This document shows positions 1 through 9,898 of a stretch of 39,894 nt of DNA, piece by piece. A program made the translations under genes and the position numbers. This DNA comes from a virus (Duplodnaviria; Caudoviricetes), in IMG/VR virus record IMGVR_UViG_3300020045_002897, positions 1-39,894 of that record. One strand, written 5' to 3'. Within the stretch, counting starts at the first letter, position 1. Each line of letters opens with the position of its first letter. Below the pieces are notes generated by a model. That model saw nothing but the letters and a program-made list of their open reading frames with translations, did no database searches and had not been told where the DNA came from.

Positions 1-1
1 C

Positions 2-214
2 ATAACAGCGACGGGTATGACGCCGGGCAAGCCGGTTACGATTGCGCAAGCCTTTGGGCCTTATACAGGAAAAGGGACTCGGGCGGATGAGGCGGAAATG
101 GGGATTGTGAGTGTTGTGGGGGAGGTTACGAGTTCGACGCAAATCACTTGTTATTGGCAGAGCTCGAACAGGGTTAAGGGCAATTTCAAATTCAACTACA
201 TTATTGGGGTGTAA
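2..214 (+). CDS. Hypothetical beta-rich protein, 5'-truncated by the window edge (possibly virion-associated)
   Basis: Frame is open from position 2 (ATA ACA GCG ACG GGT ATG...) to the stop at 214; next gene starts 3 nt later. Confidence 0.6.
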   Translation: MTATGMTPGKPVTIAQAFGPYTGKGTRADEAEMGIVSVVGEVTSSTQITCYWQSSNRVKGNFKFNYIIGV

Positions 215-217
215 GTC

Positions 218-862
218 ATGGCAGTTTTAGAAGACCCGAATGTTAATAACGAAGCGCGGATTGAAGACAACGGTGCGCTGAGGGTGAAGATCACTCCGGC
301 GGGGAATAGATACGGGCAAGCAAATACAACAGGGACAATGGCTGCGGCTTTGGCGGCGAATAGCACCTTGTATGGGATGCGGCTTAATCCGGGAAGTAGT
401 TTAAAAGTCCGAGTCCACCGCATCCGGCTTCAGTGGACAACGATTGTGGCCTTTACAGTGCCGCTGACAGCGGGAAGACGATTGGCCTTATTCCGAGGCG
501 TTGGGGCTGCAACAGCTGGTGGAACGGCGATTGGTGTGACGAGTGAAAAAAACTCCACCATGCCCCCAAGTCAGTGCGACATTGCCCAAGGCGGGGACCA
601 GAGAATTTCAGCCACAGCCAGTTTAGCAGTTACCGGCATCACGATCGAGGCCTCGCCGTTCAAACTCATGAGCCTTGCCCATGTCGGTGCAGCTGGAGCT
701 TTTTACGAGCAAGTCTGGGAGTTCGATGATGATAACGGAGGTCCGATTGAGCTAAACGCAGGGGAGGTTCTCCTCATCCGCAACCCCGTTGCAATGGACG
801 CGGCGGGAACTTGGACTTTAGGCGTGCAAGTCGATTGGACGGAAATTGCCGATCTGGCGTAA
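218..862 (+). CDS. Hypothetical protein, probable beta-sandwich virion protein
   Basis: 214 aa, rich in Ala/Gly/Thr, with alternating beta-strand pattern (PIELNAGEVLLIRN, WTLGVQVDWTE); closely follows the upstream ORF. Confidence 0.7.
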   Translation: MAVLEDPNVNNEARIEDNGALRVKITPAGNRYGQANTTGTMAAALAANSTLYGMRLNPGSSLKVRVHRIRLQWTTIVAFTVPLTAGRRLALFRGVGAATAGGTAIGVTSEKNSTMPPSQCDIAQGGDQRISATASLAVTGITIEASPFKLMSLAHVGAAGAFYEQVWEFDDDNGGPIELNAGEVLLIRNPVAMDAAGTWTLGVQVDWTEIADLA

Positions 863-877
863 GGTTTGATCTACCGC

Positions 878-906
878 TTGACAGGTTTTGAGGTTTCCGC
901 CAGTTA
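878..906 (+). promoter_or_regulatory. Possible sigma70-type promoter for the packaging/structural operon
   Basis: Perfect TTGACA at 878-883 in the intergenic gap, 17-nt spacer, poor -10 (CAGTTA). Overlaps a TCCGCC...GGCGGA inverted repeat. Confidence 0.4.
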
Positions 907-940
907 GGTTGGATAGATCGGCGGATTGAAGGTAGTTAAA

Positions 941-1582
941 ATGAGCGTTCCAGAAGGTTATGTCAGAAAGCAGGATTATTACTCCTTGGACAATCCGAGG
1001 TATCAAGGCCTTGCGGCGGAAAAAGGGTATGATCAAAGTTATTCGCGGGTGAATAAGCTGCGGTATTCGCACGAAGCCATGATTGATGTGATTATCGCCG
1101 AGCCGGGAATTAAGCAGAATGAGCTAGCAACGAAGTTCGGGGTCAGCGTGCCTTGGATTTCGCGAATAATCGGCTCGGACGCGTTTCAGGCTTCTTTAGC
1201 CAAGCGGAGGGAGGAGCTCACCGACCCTTTTCTCGTAGCAACGATTGAGGAGCGGATGCAAGGTGTTGCAATGCAATCTCTTGACGTGATTGCGGAGAAA
1301 TTGGCACTTCCGACAATTACACTCGACGGCGCTATGAAGGCGCTGGATATCACATCTAAGGCACTCGGGTTTGGGGCCAAAGTCCAGAACCAGAATGTCC
1401 AAAACAACTTCGTTGTCGCCATGCCGGATAAAGCCCCTTCGGCGGAAACATGGGCAGCTGCTCACGGCGGAAGCACTGGCCACACGATTGAACATCGAGC
1501 TTTCACCTCAACCACTGACCGCGATCCCCTTGTCCAACCTACTTCCATTTCAATAGTAGAGGACGAAGAAGATGCCGTTTGA
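941..1582 (+). CDS. HTH DNA-binding protein, candidate terminase small subunit
   Basis: HTH pattern PGIKQNELATKFGVSVPWISRII followed by helical segment and NVQNNFVV tail. Lies upstream of TerL. ATG 941 preceded by AAGGT is preferred to TTG 926. Confidence 0.65.
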   Translation: MSVPEGYVRKQDYYSLDNPRYQGLAAEKGYDQSYSRVNKLRYSHEAMIDVIIAEPGIKQNELATKFGVSVPWISRIIGSDAFQASLAKRREELTDPFLVATIEERMQGVAMQSLDVIAEKLALPTITLDGAMKALDITSKALGFGAKVQNQNVQNNFVVAMPDKAPSAETWAAAHGGSTGHTIEHRAFTSTTDRDPLVQPTSISIVEDEEDAV

Positions 1583-3890
1583 TGGAAGTGGGAATTATGT
1601 CCCACCAGCGCCTCCGACCTTTCCCGCCGTCGACGGGACTTTAATCCGGAGCGACTACTTCAACACCATTATCAATGACATTGCAACAGCTCTGTCTACA
1701 GTCGGGGTCTTTCAAGATAATTTAGGGACCGTAGACGGAGCTAGCTTAATCGGCACTGATTATGGGCTTCTTGAAACCCTCATCGGGAATCTCTTTGGCG
1801 GAAACCTAGTTTTTCTCCAATCCCTCACCAACGGGGCCAGTGACGAAAGTTCAAGGCTCTCAACCGCCATCGGGATATTAACCACGGGTCAGACTTTGAT
1901 CTTATCCGGAAACTGGCTAATCGGGAGCAAAAGCGAACTCGCCAGCGTGGATGGGGTCACTATTGTCTGCACCCCCGGAGTTGTTATCAAACTCGTAAGC
2001 AAGGTCTGGACCGACCCCGCCGGAATTGTTATTCGAGATTGTAAGGATTTCAGGCTCCTCGGCTGGCCAAAGCTTGACTGCAACTATCAAAGCGTTCCTC
2101 TAATCGCTGGCATATCAACTGACCCGACGACTCGGGCGACTTTAGCCTCAGTGCGATCGGAAAGGCATTTCTATCAAGTAAACGCCACCCGCTGCGCTAC
2201 TCGTGCGGTTGGGATTAGACTTGTAAGGGGTGTAATTTTCGATTACCCTAAGGCTTTATACAAATATAACGACTCACAGTTTTTTGAGGTCGCTAGGTCG
2301 AATAAAGTCTTATTTTGGTATCCTGAGATTGATGGAAGTCTTGAAACTGGAGCCGCGCAAGAGTTTGACATCTATGGTTCAGGAATTTCAGTCTCTCCCG
2401 GAGCTAATGGGAATGAGTTCGTAACTGAGCCTGCAATTAACTTAGTCGGGCCAACTACCTTCCTCGACCGCTGTCGTCGAACGGCTCCCACCGGCACTCC
2501 AACCGCGACGTTTTCTTTCGTAGGAGACCTTGGAGCAACTACGGTCTACGATCCCGGCACAGACTTTAGCGATTATACATGGAACTTCATCTGCACGGAA
2601 AAGCCCGCAGGGGCGAGAGACTTTAGGTCTAGTCAAGTCGTAGTCACAGCAGTTAATAGCGGGACTAAAGAAATTACAGCCGTAATGAAAGATGATTACA
2701 CCTTTGCAGATCAGGATTGGGAGGGTCAAACTTTATACCTTTACGGTTATGATGCTAGTCGACTTTGTGATGACGTTAAGGTCGTCGGTGGGAGTATCAA
2801 AAACTGCTCTGGCGCGGGGTCGTTCCTTCTCGGCTGTCGTGGTGCTTACAACATCGGAGTCCAGACAGAGAATAACATCGACATAGGTGTTGATCTTGAA
2901 TGGTGTCTTGATAGCTGGAATATAGATTGCCAAGATACCACACCTTTAGTAACAGGGACAACTCCACTCGGCTTCCCCATCGGAAATGCTTCTTCCGCCT
3001 ATCTCTATCCTATTGGGGGGACGGGCGGGATGAAGAATTGTCAAGGAAACAAAAAAGCCGAAGTCATAATGTCGGGGGAAGTCACTGATCAGATTGTCTT
3101 CGAAAATGTGAAAGCTCCTATCCAAGTCGGGCCAAATCTGTCTACTTCTAACCCGGCTCTTATAGCAAAGCTGTCTATAAAAGATTGCACAATTCCCGAC
3201 GCAGTTGTGAACGGTATGGATATCAAAGGCAGCACTACTACGAACTACGTTAAAGGCGCGATTAAGAGGATTATAATCGAAAGTCCGATCTTTGCTGGAG
3301 TTAGGGAGAATGGAATTACCCTCAACAGTTGCCAGTTCTTTTCCGTTCGAAATGCTGAAGCTGATAGACTAGGTCTGCGATTGGTTCGGCTTCTGGGAAA
3401 TCCCGGCGACATAACAACGGGAGAAGTTATCGGTTCCCGACTTCGTGGCATTGGTGGGGTGTTTAATGGCCTTGGAGTTGTAATGTGGGATGGGGTCGGA
3501 GCTACTTCGGCTAACTACCCCACAGTCAACTTTGAAGACAATTGGATACAAGATGAGACTGAAGCCGTAGGCGTAAATAGACCCCTATACGCCCTCTCGG
3601 ATGGCACAGTCTTACCAGCCTATCGCCGTGGTCAGGGCAAAATCACATGGGACGGTGGAGCAGCTTCTATTGCAGTTGGTGCGGTTTCAGCTTGGTCATC
3701 TAACATCTCGATCTCCGGAGCTCGCTTAGGAATTGATGTGATAAAGGCTCAACCGTCCGTTCCTATGAACTTTATTGTAGAGTCAGAGCTAACCGCTGAC
3801 GGGGTTGGCAGAATACGCCTTCGCAATGTAAGCGCTGGTGCCGCAACCCCTGCAAGCGCAGATTACATCTATCAGGTAGACTTCCGTTGA
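1572..3890 (+). CDS. Tailspike / receptor-binding protein, probable beta-helix depolymerase
   Basis: N-terminal anchor MPFDGSGNY...INDIATALS is shared with the tail fibre at 18924. GASLIG neck motif, beta-helix-like I/V-x-N/D-C repeats (IKNCSG, IKDCTI, LNSCQF), C-terminal small beta domain. Confidence 0.8.
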   Translation: MPFDGSGNYVPPAPPTFPAVDGTLIRSDYFNTIINDIATALSTVGVFQDNLGTVDGASLIGTDYGLLETLIGNLFGGNLVFLQSLTNGASDESSRLSTAIGILTTGQTLILSGNWLIGSKSELASVDGVTIVCTPGVVIKLVSKVWTDPAGIVIRDCKDFRLLGWPKLDCNYQSVPLIAGISTDPTTRATLASVRSERHFYQVNATRCATRAVGIRLVRGVIFDYPKALYKYNDSQFFEVARSNKVLFWYPEIDGSLETGAAQEFDIYGSGISVSPGANGNEFVTEPAINLVGPTTFLDRCRRTAPTGTPTATFSFVGDLGATTVYDPGTDFSDYTWNFICTEKPAGARDFRSSQVVVTAVNSGTKEITAVMKDDYTFADQDWEGQTLYLYGYDASRLCDDVKVVGGSIKNCSGAGSFLLGCRGAYNIGVQTENNIDIGVDLEWCLDSWNIDCQDTTPLVTGTTPLGFPIGNASSAYLYPIGGTGGMKNCQGNKKAEVIMSGEVTDQIVFENVKAPIQVGPNLSTSNPALIAKLSIKDCTIPDAVVNGMDIKGSTTTNYVKGAIKRIIIESPIFAGVRENGITLNSCQFFSVRNAEADRLGLRLVRLLGNPGDITTGEVIGSRLRGIGGVFNGLGVVMWDGVGATSANYPTVNFEDNWIQDETEAVGVNRPLYALSDGTVLPAYRRGQGKITWDGGAASIAVGAVSAWSSNISISGARLGIDVIKAQPSVPMNFIVESELTADGVGRIRLRNVSAGAATPASADYIYQVDFR

Positions 3891-5353
3891 CAGAGGGACA
3901 GACCATTCTGTGGTCTCCTCAGCCCGGACCTCAAACCGCGTTGCTAGAGTGCCCAATATTCGAGGTATTCTACGGCGGCGCTCGCGGAGGTGGGAAGACT
4001 GAAAGCTCAATCGGAGACTGGTTGCAGCATTCTTCGCAGTATCAGGAAGCCGCGATTGGTATTTTCGTCCGGCGGAAATTCAAGCAGCTGGCGGAAGTTA
4101 TCGCTCGGACGAAGCAGATATTTCCGAAACTCGGAGCGAGGTATAACGAGCAAAAAGCTGAATGGAGAATGGCCAATGGCGCAAGGCTTAAATTCGTCTA
4201 CCTAGAAAGGGATTCCGATGCTGAAGAATATCAAGGCCATAACTATACTCGGGTCTACGTGGAAGAGGTTACAAACTTTCCCTCCTCGTCCCCTATTGAT
4301 AAGCTGCGTGCTACTCTACGCTCTGGGTCTGGCGTTCCTGTTGGGATGCGTCTTACTGGGAATCCCGGAGGTCCCGGACATAACTGGGTAAAGAAGCGTT
4401 ATATCGACCCTTGCAAAACAGGGTTCAAGGTCATAGCTGAGGAGTGCGACATTGAGATCGACGGGGTCAAGCAGACTGTTAAGCTCGAACGGGTGTTTAT
4501 TCCTTCTAAGCTCGGCGACAATATTCTGCTTATTCGTAATGACCCTACTTACGTTCTCCGTCTGCGCCAATCAGGTTCTGAGCAGTTGGTTCAAGCCTGG
4601 CTTGACGGCAATTGGGATATTGTAGATGGAGCATTCTTCGATGAATGGGATGAAGCAGTTCATGTTAAGCCACACGGCATTATCAACTCAATCACGCCGC
4701 AAACCATTCGTTTCCGAGCGTTTGATTGGGGGTCCTATCGGCCATTCTCTGTCGGATGGTATGCCATTTGTGACGGGCTTTGGCCGAGGGAAAACCCGCT
4801 GCCTTATGGGGCAATCTATAAGTATCGAGAATGGTATGGTGCAAAGGCTCCCAACATCGGCTTAAAAATGACTGCGAACGAAGTTCAGGACGAGATACTA
4901 AGATGGGAAGAAAACGAGCGTATTCGCTACGCAGTCGCTGACCCTTCAATCTTCATCCGCAACGGCGGGCCTTCAATCGCTGAGAGCATGGCAAGATGTC
5001 GCTGGAGGCGGGCGGATAACAAACGTCAACCGGGCTGGGAAGCCATCAGACAGAGATTGACCGGAATTGATGGAGTCCCTATGTTGTATTTTTCCGACCA
5101 GTGCGAGGATACGATACGAACCTTGCCAACTTTGCAGCATGAGGAAAAGAACCCTGAGGACCTTGACACAGATGCAGAAGATCACGCAGCAGATGAGCTA
5201 AGATACGCCGTTATGTCACGGCCTTGGAAGCCAGCTCCGCCCGTCATGCCGCAGGGGATACAATATCCCTTACTGCCGAGTGAAATGACATTGAATGGTT
5301 TGGTTGAAAAAGCCAAGCGCGCCAGATTATTGAAGGAAATGCAAAATGCTTGA
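3887..5353 (+). CDS. terL: Terminase large subunit
   Basis: PQPGPQ, Walker A YGGARGGGKT, Walker B VYVEE, TGNPGG motif, RNase H-like nuclease AFDWG and EDHAADELRY. TTG start overlaps the upstream stop. Confidence 0.95.
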   Translation: MTEGQTILWSPQPGPQTALLECPIFEVFYGGARGGGKTESSIGDWLQHSSQYQEAAIGIFVRRKFKQLAEVIARTKQIFPKLGARYNEQKAEWRMANGARLKFVYLERDSDAEEYQGHNYTRVYVEEVTNFPSSSPIDKLRATLRSGSGVPVGMRLTGNPGGPGHNWVKKRYIDPCKTGFKVIAEECDIEIDGVKQTVKLERVFIPSKLGDNILLIRNDPTYVLRLRQSGSEQLVQAWLDGNWDIVDGAFFDEWDEAVHVKPHGIINSITPQTIRFRAFDWGSYRPFSVGWYAICDGLWPRENPLPYGAIYKYREWYGAKAPNIGLKMTANEVQDEILRWEENERIRYAVADPSIFIRNGGPSIAESMARCRWRRADNKRQPGWEAIRQRLTGIDGVPMLYFSDQCEDTIRTLPTLQHEEKNPEDLDTDAEDHAADELRYAVMSRPWKPAPPVMPQGIQYPLLPSEMTLNGLVEKAKRARLLKEMQNA

Positions 5354-7388
5354 GGAAATGAACGAGGCCAAGGCGAAAAGCTTCCACAAAAAGTGGATGG
5401 GGGAGATTTCCGACGCTTTAAATCGGGAGAAGACTTATCGCCGCCTTGGGCAGGAGTCGGTGGATATTTACGAGGCCAAGCATCCCGAAGCCGTGCCGTT
5501 TAACATCTTATACTCGAACATCGAGGTTCTGCAACCGGCTCTGTATAATTCCAAGCCCATTCCGATCGTAACTCGGAAATACAAGGACCCAGACCCTATA
5601 GCTAAGGTAGCAGCGGAGGTCGGCACTCGATTGTTGAAGTATTTGCTGGAAGCTGAAAGCGCAGATTGTGACTCTTTCGACGAGGGGATGCAGTCTTCGG
5701 TTCTCGACGTGATTGTGACCAATCGTGGACTTAATCGGTTCAAGTATTCTGACGACGAAGGCTATGCAGGGGAAGGTGTTTACGCCGAAGGGGTTCGGTG
5801 GGACAAATTCATTCACGGCTATGCGCGGACTTGGAAAAAAGTCCCATGGATTGGCTTCGAATGGGACATGACCGAAGCAGAAGTTCGGAAGAACTTTCCC
5901 GGACCTGATGGGGGGACGCTTCCCGGAATTGACTTTAAAAACCTTGCAGAAGATGCTGAAGATGCGGCCGATAACAAGGCGGAAAATCGCGAGCAGCTGA
6001 AAGGGGTTAAACTCGCTAAGGTTTATGAAATCTGGGATAAGAATAAAAAGGAGATGTTCTTCATCTCCGCAATCTATCCGAACGGCGTGCTTCGTCGGGT
6101 AAACGACCCGATGGAACTGGTGAACTTCTTCCCCGTTCCGAAGCCTCTGAACTTGATGCGGAAGATTACGACGCTGGTTCCAACTCCGCTTTATGAGCAG
6201 TATAAGTCGCAGGCGAAAGAACTGAATGAAATCACTCGCCGGTTGAAAGCTATTATCAAGGCCATGAAGGTCCGTGGTATGTATAACAACGCGGTGGAGG
6301 GGATTGAAAAGGTCTTGATGGCGGAGGATAATACCTTCACGCCGGTCGAGAATATGGCCTCGATGCCGGAAGGTATGGCGGTCGATAAACTGCTCTGGAT
6401 GATGCCGCTTCAGGAACTGGCAACCACGGCGCAAAACTTGTTCGCGGATAGAGAGCGGATTAAGCAGGTTATCTACGAGATCACAGGGATTTCGGACATT
6501 CTTCGTGGGGCTTCTGTCGCGTCCGAGACCGCAACCGCTCAGAACATCAAGAACCAGTGGGGCTCTTTACGTCTGAAGAAGATGCAGAAGGAAGTCCAGC
6601 GGTATGTGCGGGACAGTCTCGCCATCATGCTGGAGATTGCGGTTACGAACTTCGACGATCAGACAATCGCAGCCATGACCGGCTTGCCGTTGATGTTTGA
6701 GGCAGATAAGCAGAAGATACAACAGGCCTTCGCAGCCGCTGGCGCAAACCCAACCGAGCCGCCTCCACCAGAGGTTCAAAAAGCTATGGAGGCTCCTTCG
6801 TGGGAAGTTGTCCTGAAACTGCTGCGGGATGATAAGCTCCGCAGCTACAAAATCGACATCGAAACCAACTCCACCATCGACGCCGAAGCCGCGCAGGATA
6901 AGCAGGACATTGCAGAGTTGCTGAACGCGGTTAGTCAGTTCTTGAATGGTGTTGCGCCGCTTATTGAAAAGGGCGTTTTGCCGTTTGAAATCGCCAAGGA
7001 AATGCTGCTCTCTGTTTCCCGCCGATATACCTTCGGACCTCAGCTGGAAGATGCACTGCAAATGATGAAGGCACCGGAACCTCCGGAAGAGAAGCCAGAC
7101 CCTGCGGAAGCTCAGAAACTGGCTCAAATGGAGAAGCAAGGCGAACTTGACGCTGCCAAAGGCCAGATGGAAATGGAAGTCATGAAGATGGAGCTTCAGA
7201 TTAAAAAGGAAGAAGCCCAGATGCAGGCTCAAATCCGCAGGGAAGAGATGGCAGTCAAGCAAGCCGAACTGCAACTCCAAAAAGCTTCCCTATCCATGAA
7301 GCTCGAAGCCGCACAGGCTCAACACAAGATGAAAATGGAAGCAATCGCTGCCAAGCCCAAGCAGGAGACCTCAAATGCCTCTGTATGA
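5346..7388 (+). CDS. Portal protein (P22-like, long C-terminal coiled coil)
   Basis: 680 aa directly after TerL. FNILYSNIEVLQPALY, IYEITGISDILRG...ETATAQ motifs; Q/E/K/M-rich helical tail. Confidence 0.9.
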   Translation: MLEEMNEAKAKSFHKKWMGEISDALNREKTYRRLGQESVDIYEAKHPEAVPFNILYSNIEVLQPALYNSKPIPIVTRKYKDPDPIAKVAAEVGTRLLKYLLEAESADCDSFDEGMQSSVLDVIVTNRGLNRFKYSDDEGYAGEGVYAEGVRWDKFIHGYARTWKKVPWIGFEWDMTEAEVRKNFPGPDGGTLPGIDFKNLAEDAEDAADNKAENREQLKGVKLAKVYEIWDKNKKEMFFISAIYPNGVLRRVNDPMELVNFFPVPKPLNLMRKITTLVPTPLYEQYKSQAKELNEITRRLKAIIKAMKVRGMYNNAVEGIEKVLMAEDNTFTPVENMASMPEGMAVDKLLWMMPLQELATTAQNLFADRERIKQVIYEITGISDILRGASVASETATAQNIKNQWGSLRLKKMQKEVQRYVRDSLAIMLEIAVTNFDDQTIAAMTGLPLMFEADKQKIQQAFAAAGANPTEPPPPEVQKAMEAPSWEVVLKLLRDDKLRSYKIDIETNSTIDAEAAQDKQDIAELLNAVSQFLNGVAPLIEKGVLPFEIAKEMLLSVSRRYTFGPQLEDALQMMKAPEPPEEKPDPAEAQKLAQMEKQGELDAAKGQMEMEVMKMELQIKKEEAQMQAQIRREEMAVKQAELQLQKASLSMKLEAAQAQHKMKMEAIAAKPKQETSNASV

Positions 7389-7788
7389 TTTCCGCTGCCT
7401 CGACGACCATACCTTCGAACGCATGGTCAAATTGGCCGATTTTGAAGCTGTTCAAAATTGTGCTTGCGGAACACCGGCAACCCGTGTCATTCGTCCTGTT
7501 AGGTTCTCCGTCGAGAACGTCGGTTATGACTGCCCTGTGACAGGAGCTTGGATTGGTTCAAAGGCCGAACACGAAAACAACCTTGCAAAACATGGTTGTC
7601 GGGTTTACGAGACCGGCGAGACGGAACAGGCAAAAAAGGCAGCAGCCAATGCCGAAGCAGAGTTTGAAAGAAAGTTAGACGAAACCGTGGAAAGAGAGTT
7701 CGAAGCCATGCCGTCGGAGAAAAAGGAAGCTCTCGCAAACGAGCTTACTGCTGGCGTCGATCTCGGATATAGCAGGAGTGCCCAATAA
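7375..7788 (+). CDS. FmdB-like zinc-ribbon protein
   Basis: MPLYDFRCLDDHTFE...QNCACG matches the FmdB-type start MPxYxYxC..H.FE...CxxCG. Confidence 0.75.
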   Translation: MPLYDFRCLDDHTFERMVKLADFEAVQNCACGTPATRVIRPVRFSVENVGYDCPVTGAWIGSKAEHENNLAKHGCRVYETGETEQAKKAAANAEAEFERKLDETVEREFEAMPSEKKEALANELTAGVDLGYSRSAQ

Positions 7789-8846
7789 TGCCACCTTTTG
7801 AAGACGATATCATAGAAACCGAAATCGAAGCTCCAGATGCTCTGGACATGGAAGCCGCACAGGCCGAAATCGCCTCTGAACTTTTTGGGCAAGGGGCAGA
7901 GGACGCAGAGCATCCGGACGGGGAGGTCGCAGACGGTAAGGTCACGCCGACTGATGATACCGGCGCGCCTCCCCAAACAGGTAAAACAGCGGAAGGAGGT
8001 GATCAGACTTCTGAGGCTGAGGGAGCGGCTACTGGAACGGAAGCCCCTGCTGCTCCCTCAACTTGGTCGAAGGCAGCGGCGGAAAAATGGTCCACCGTTG
8101 ACCCGACTATTCAGGCCGAGATTGCCAAACGCGAAGAGGATATGTTCCGCGGGCTTGAGCAGTATAAAGGCCGTGCGGAACTTGGCGATCGGTATGAAGG
8201 CGTTATAGCTGAGTTCAAACCAATCTTGGAAGCCGAGGGCATTGATTCTGTTGAGATGTTCGGCAACTTCGCAGCCAATCACTATTTGCTTAGCCGTGGG
8301 ACTCCAGAGCAAAAGCTGGAAGTCGCAGCGAATTTGCTCAACCATTATGGTATTCATCCTGACCTTATCAAGGAACGGCTCGGCACTCGTCCGGAGCCTA
8401 ATCCCGAAGTCGACGCCCTCCGCGCTGAAATAGCCGAATTGAAGAGGGGCGTCACCACCATCACAACTCGGGAAGTCGAGGCCCAGAAAGCTCATTTTCA
8501 GCAGCAGATCGAGACCTTCGCCTCCGACCCTGCTCACCCCTATTTTAACGAGGTCGCAACCGACATTGCGACTTTGCTAAAAACCGGAGTCGCTACGACT
8601 CTGGAAGAAGCCTATGACAAGGCCGTCTTTGCCAATCCTGTAACTCGTCAGAAGGAAATCGACCGGCTCACAGCTGAGAGTCTTTCCACTGCAACCGAGC
8701 AGGAGAAAACCCGCAACGACAAGAAAGCCCGGCTCCAAGCTTCAAATGTGACTACCATCCCCAAGTCTGCGAACGGAACGGTTCCAGTCGGAAGCATGGA
8801 CGACACGCTCAACGCAACGCTCGCAGCTATTGAGGCTCGTGGGTAA
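7788..8846 (+). CDS. Capsid scaffolding protein
   Basis: Acidic disordered N-terminus, APSTWSK motif, helical body, TLEEAYDKAV motif; lies between portal and capsid genes. Confidence 0.8.
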   Translation: MPPFEDDIIETEIEAPDALDMEAAQAEIASELFGQGAEDAEHPDGEVADGKVTPTDDTGAPPQTGKTAEGGDQTSEAEGAATGTEAPAAPSTWSKAAAEKWSTVDPTIQAEIAKREEDMFRGLEQYKGRAELGDRYEGVIAEFKPILEAEGIDSVEMFGNFAANHYLLSRGTPEQKLEVAANLLNHYGIHPDLIKERLGTRPEPNPEVDALRAEIAELKRGVTTITTREVEAQKAHFQQQIETFASDPAHPYFNEVATDIATLLKTGVATTLEEAYDKAVFANPVTRQKEIDRLTAESLSTATEQEKTRNDKKARLQASNVTTIPKSANGTVPVGSMDDTLNATLAAIEARG

Positions 8847-8867
8847 CTTTATTAGAAAGGTTTAATT

Positions 8868-9842
8868 ATGGCAAGTCCTAGTGCAACCTTCACCGAGCTG
8901 GTTTCCACAACTTTCCGGAACCACTCGAAAGACGTGAAGGACAACATTACCCGAAACAATGCGCTTTACGCGTATATGATGAAGAAGGGCAATTATCGCA
9001 AGGAAGACGGTGGTTTGACCATCACGACTCCTCTCGATTACAACTCGAACGGCACGTATCAGCGTTACTCGGGTTATGACGTTCTAAACATTCAGCAGAG
9101 CGATGTTATCACCGCAGCTGAATACCAGTGGAGGCAGATCGCCCTTAACGTCGTGGCTTCGGGCCTCGAACTCCGTATCAACAGCGGGTCGAATAAGATC
9201 TTGTCACTGGCGAAAGCTCGCATCAAGAACGCAATGCGGACTTTCAAGAACAACTTCTCCTACGACCTTTACGGTGATGGAACGCTTCCGAACCAGATCA
9301 ATGGTTTGCAGGCTCTTGTTGCTGATACCGGTCTTGGCTCTGTTGGTGGGATTGACTCATCGGCGTGGCCTTTCTGGGCGAACGCTGTTCAGTCCGCTGC
9401 GGCTCCGTTGCAAGGCGGTGGCGCTGTTACCGTTTCGGCTACGACTATTGAGGCCGGCATCATGCTACCGCTTTGGTTGAACCAAGTCCGTGGCGACGAC
9501 AAGCCTGATCTCATCCTAAGCTCGAACGATTGGTTCGCCTTTTTCGAAGCCTCACAAGTCTCGATCAAGCGTTATACCAACTCCGATACTGCGGACGGCG
9601 GCTTCACGACCTTGAAATACAAGGGCGCGGACGTGATCTTCGACGGAGGCTCTGGCATTCCGGCAGCTCATATGTATTTCCTTAACACGGATTACCTCGA
9701 GCTGGTCGTTCACAAGGACGCTGATCTGTCTATCCAAGACGAAATGTCGCCGTATAACCAAGACGCGGTTGTCATTCCTGTTCTCTGGATGGGTAACTTG
9801 TCCTGCACCAATCGCCGCCTTCAGGGCGTTGCGAAAGCATAA
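8868..9842 (+). CDS. Major capsid protein
   Basis: 324 aa after the scaffold with AAAGG RBS. HK97-fold-like features (GG..ITTPLDY, LYGDG, INGLQALV, PDLIL, MYFLNTDYL). Confidence 0.9.
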   Translation: MASPSATFTELVSTTFRNHSKDVKDNITRNNALYAYMMKKGNYRKEDGGLTITTPLDYNSNGTYQRYSGYDVLNIQQSDVITAAEYQWRQIALNVVASGLELRINSGSNKILSLAKARIKNAMRTFKNNFSYDLYGDGTLPNQINGLQALVADTGLGSVGGIDSSAWPFWANAVQSAAAPLQGGGAVTVSATTIEAGIMLPLWLNQVRGDDKPDLILSSNDWFAFFEASQVSIKRYTNSDTADGGFTTLKYKGADVIFDGGSGIPAAHMYFLNTDYLELVVHKDADLSIQDEMSPYNQDAVVIPVLWMGNLSCTNRRLQGVAKA

Positions 9843-9846
9843 ACGG

Positions 9847-9874
9847 CTACGGGTTATATTCTTGTAACCCCTAG
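9847..9874. promoter_or_regulatory. Palindromic operator-like element, copy 1 (CTACGGGTTA-N8-TAACCCCTAG)
   Basis: Inverted repeat with one mismatch and 8-nt spacer; related copies at 21640, 30232 and 35967. Confidence 0.7.
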
Positions 9875-9898
9875 CATTTTGAACAGAAAGGAAATGAA

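Noticed and set aside
5508-7280. Long - strand ORFs (308 aa and 237 aa) opposite the portal
   Set aside because: Antisense shadows of a codon-biased gene; no RBS or motifs, and His/Leu/Phe-rich composition typical of reverse frames.
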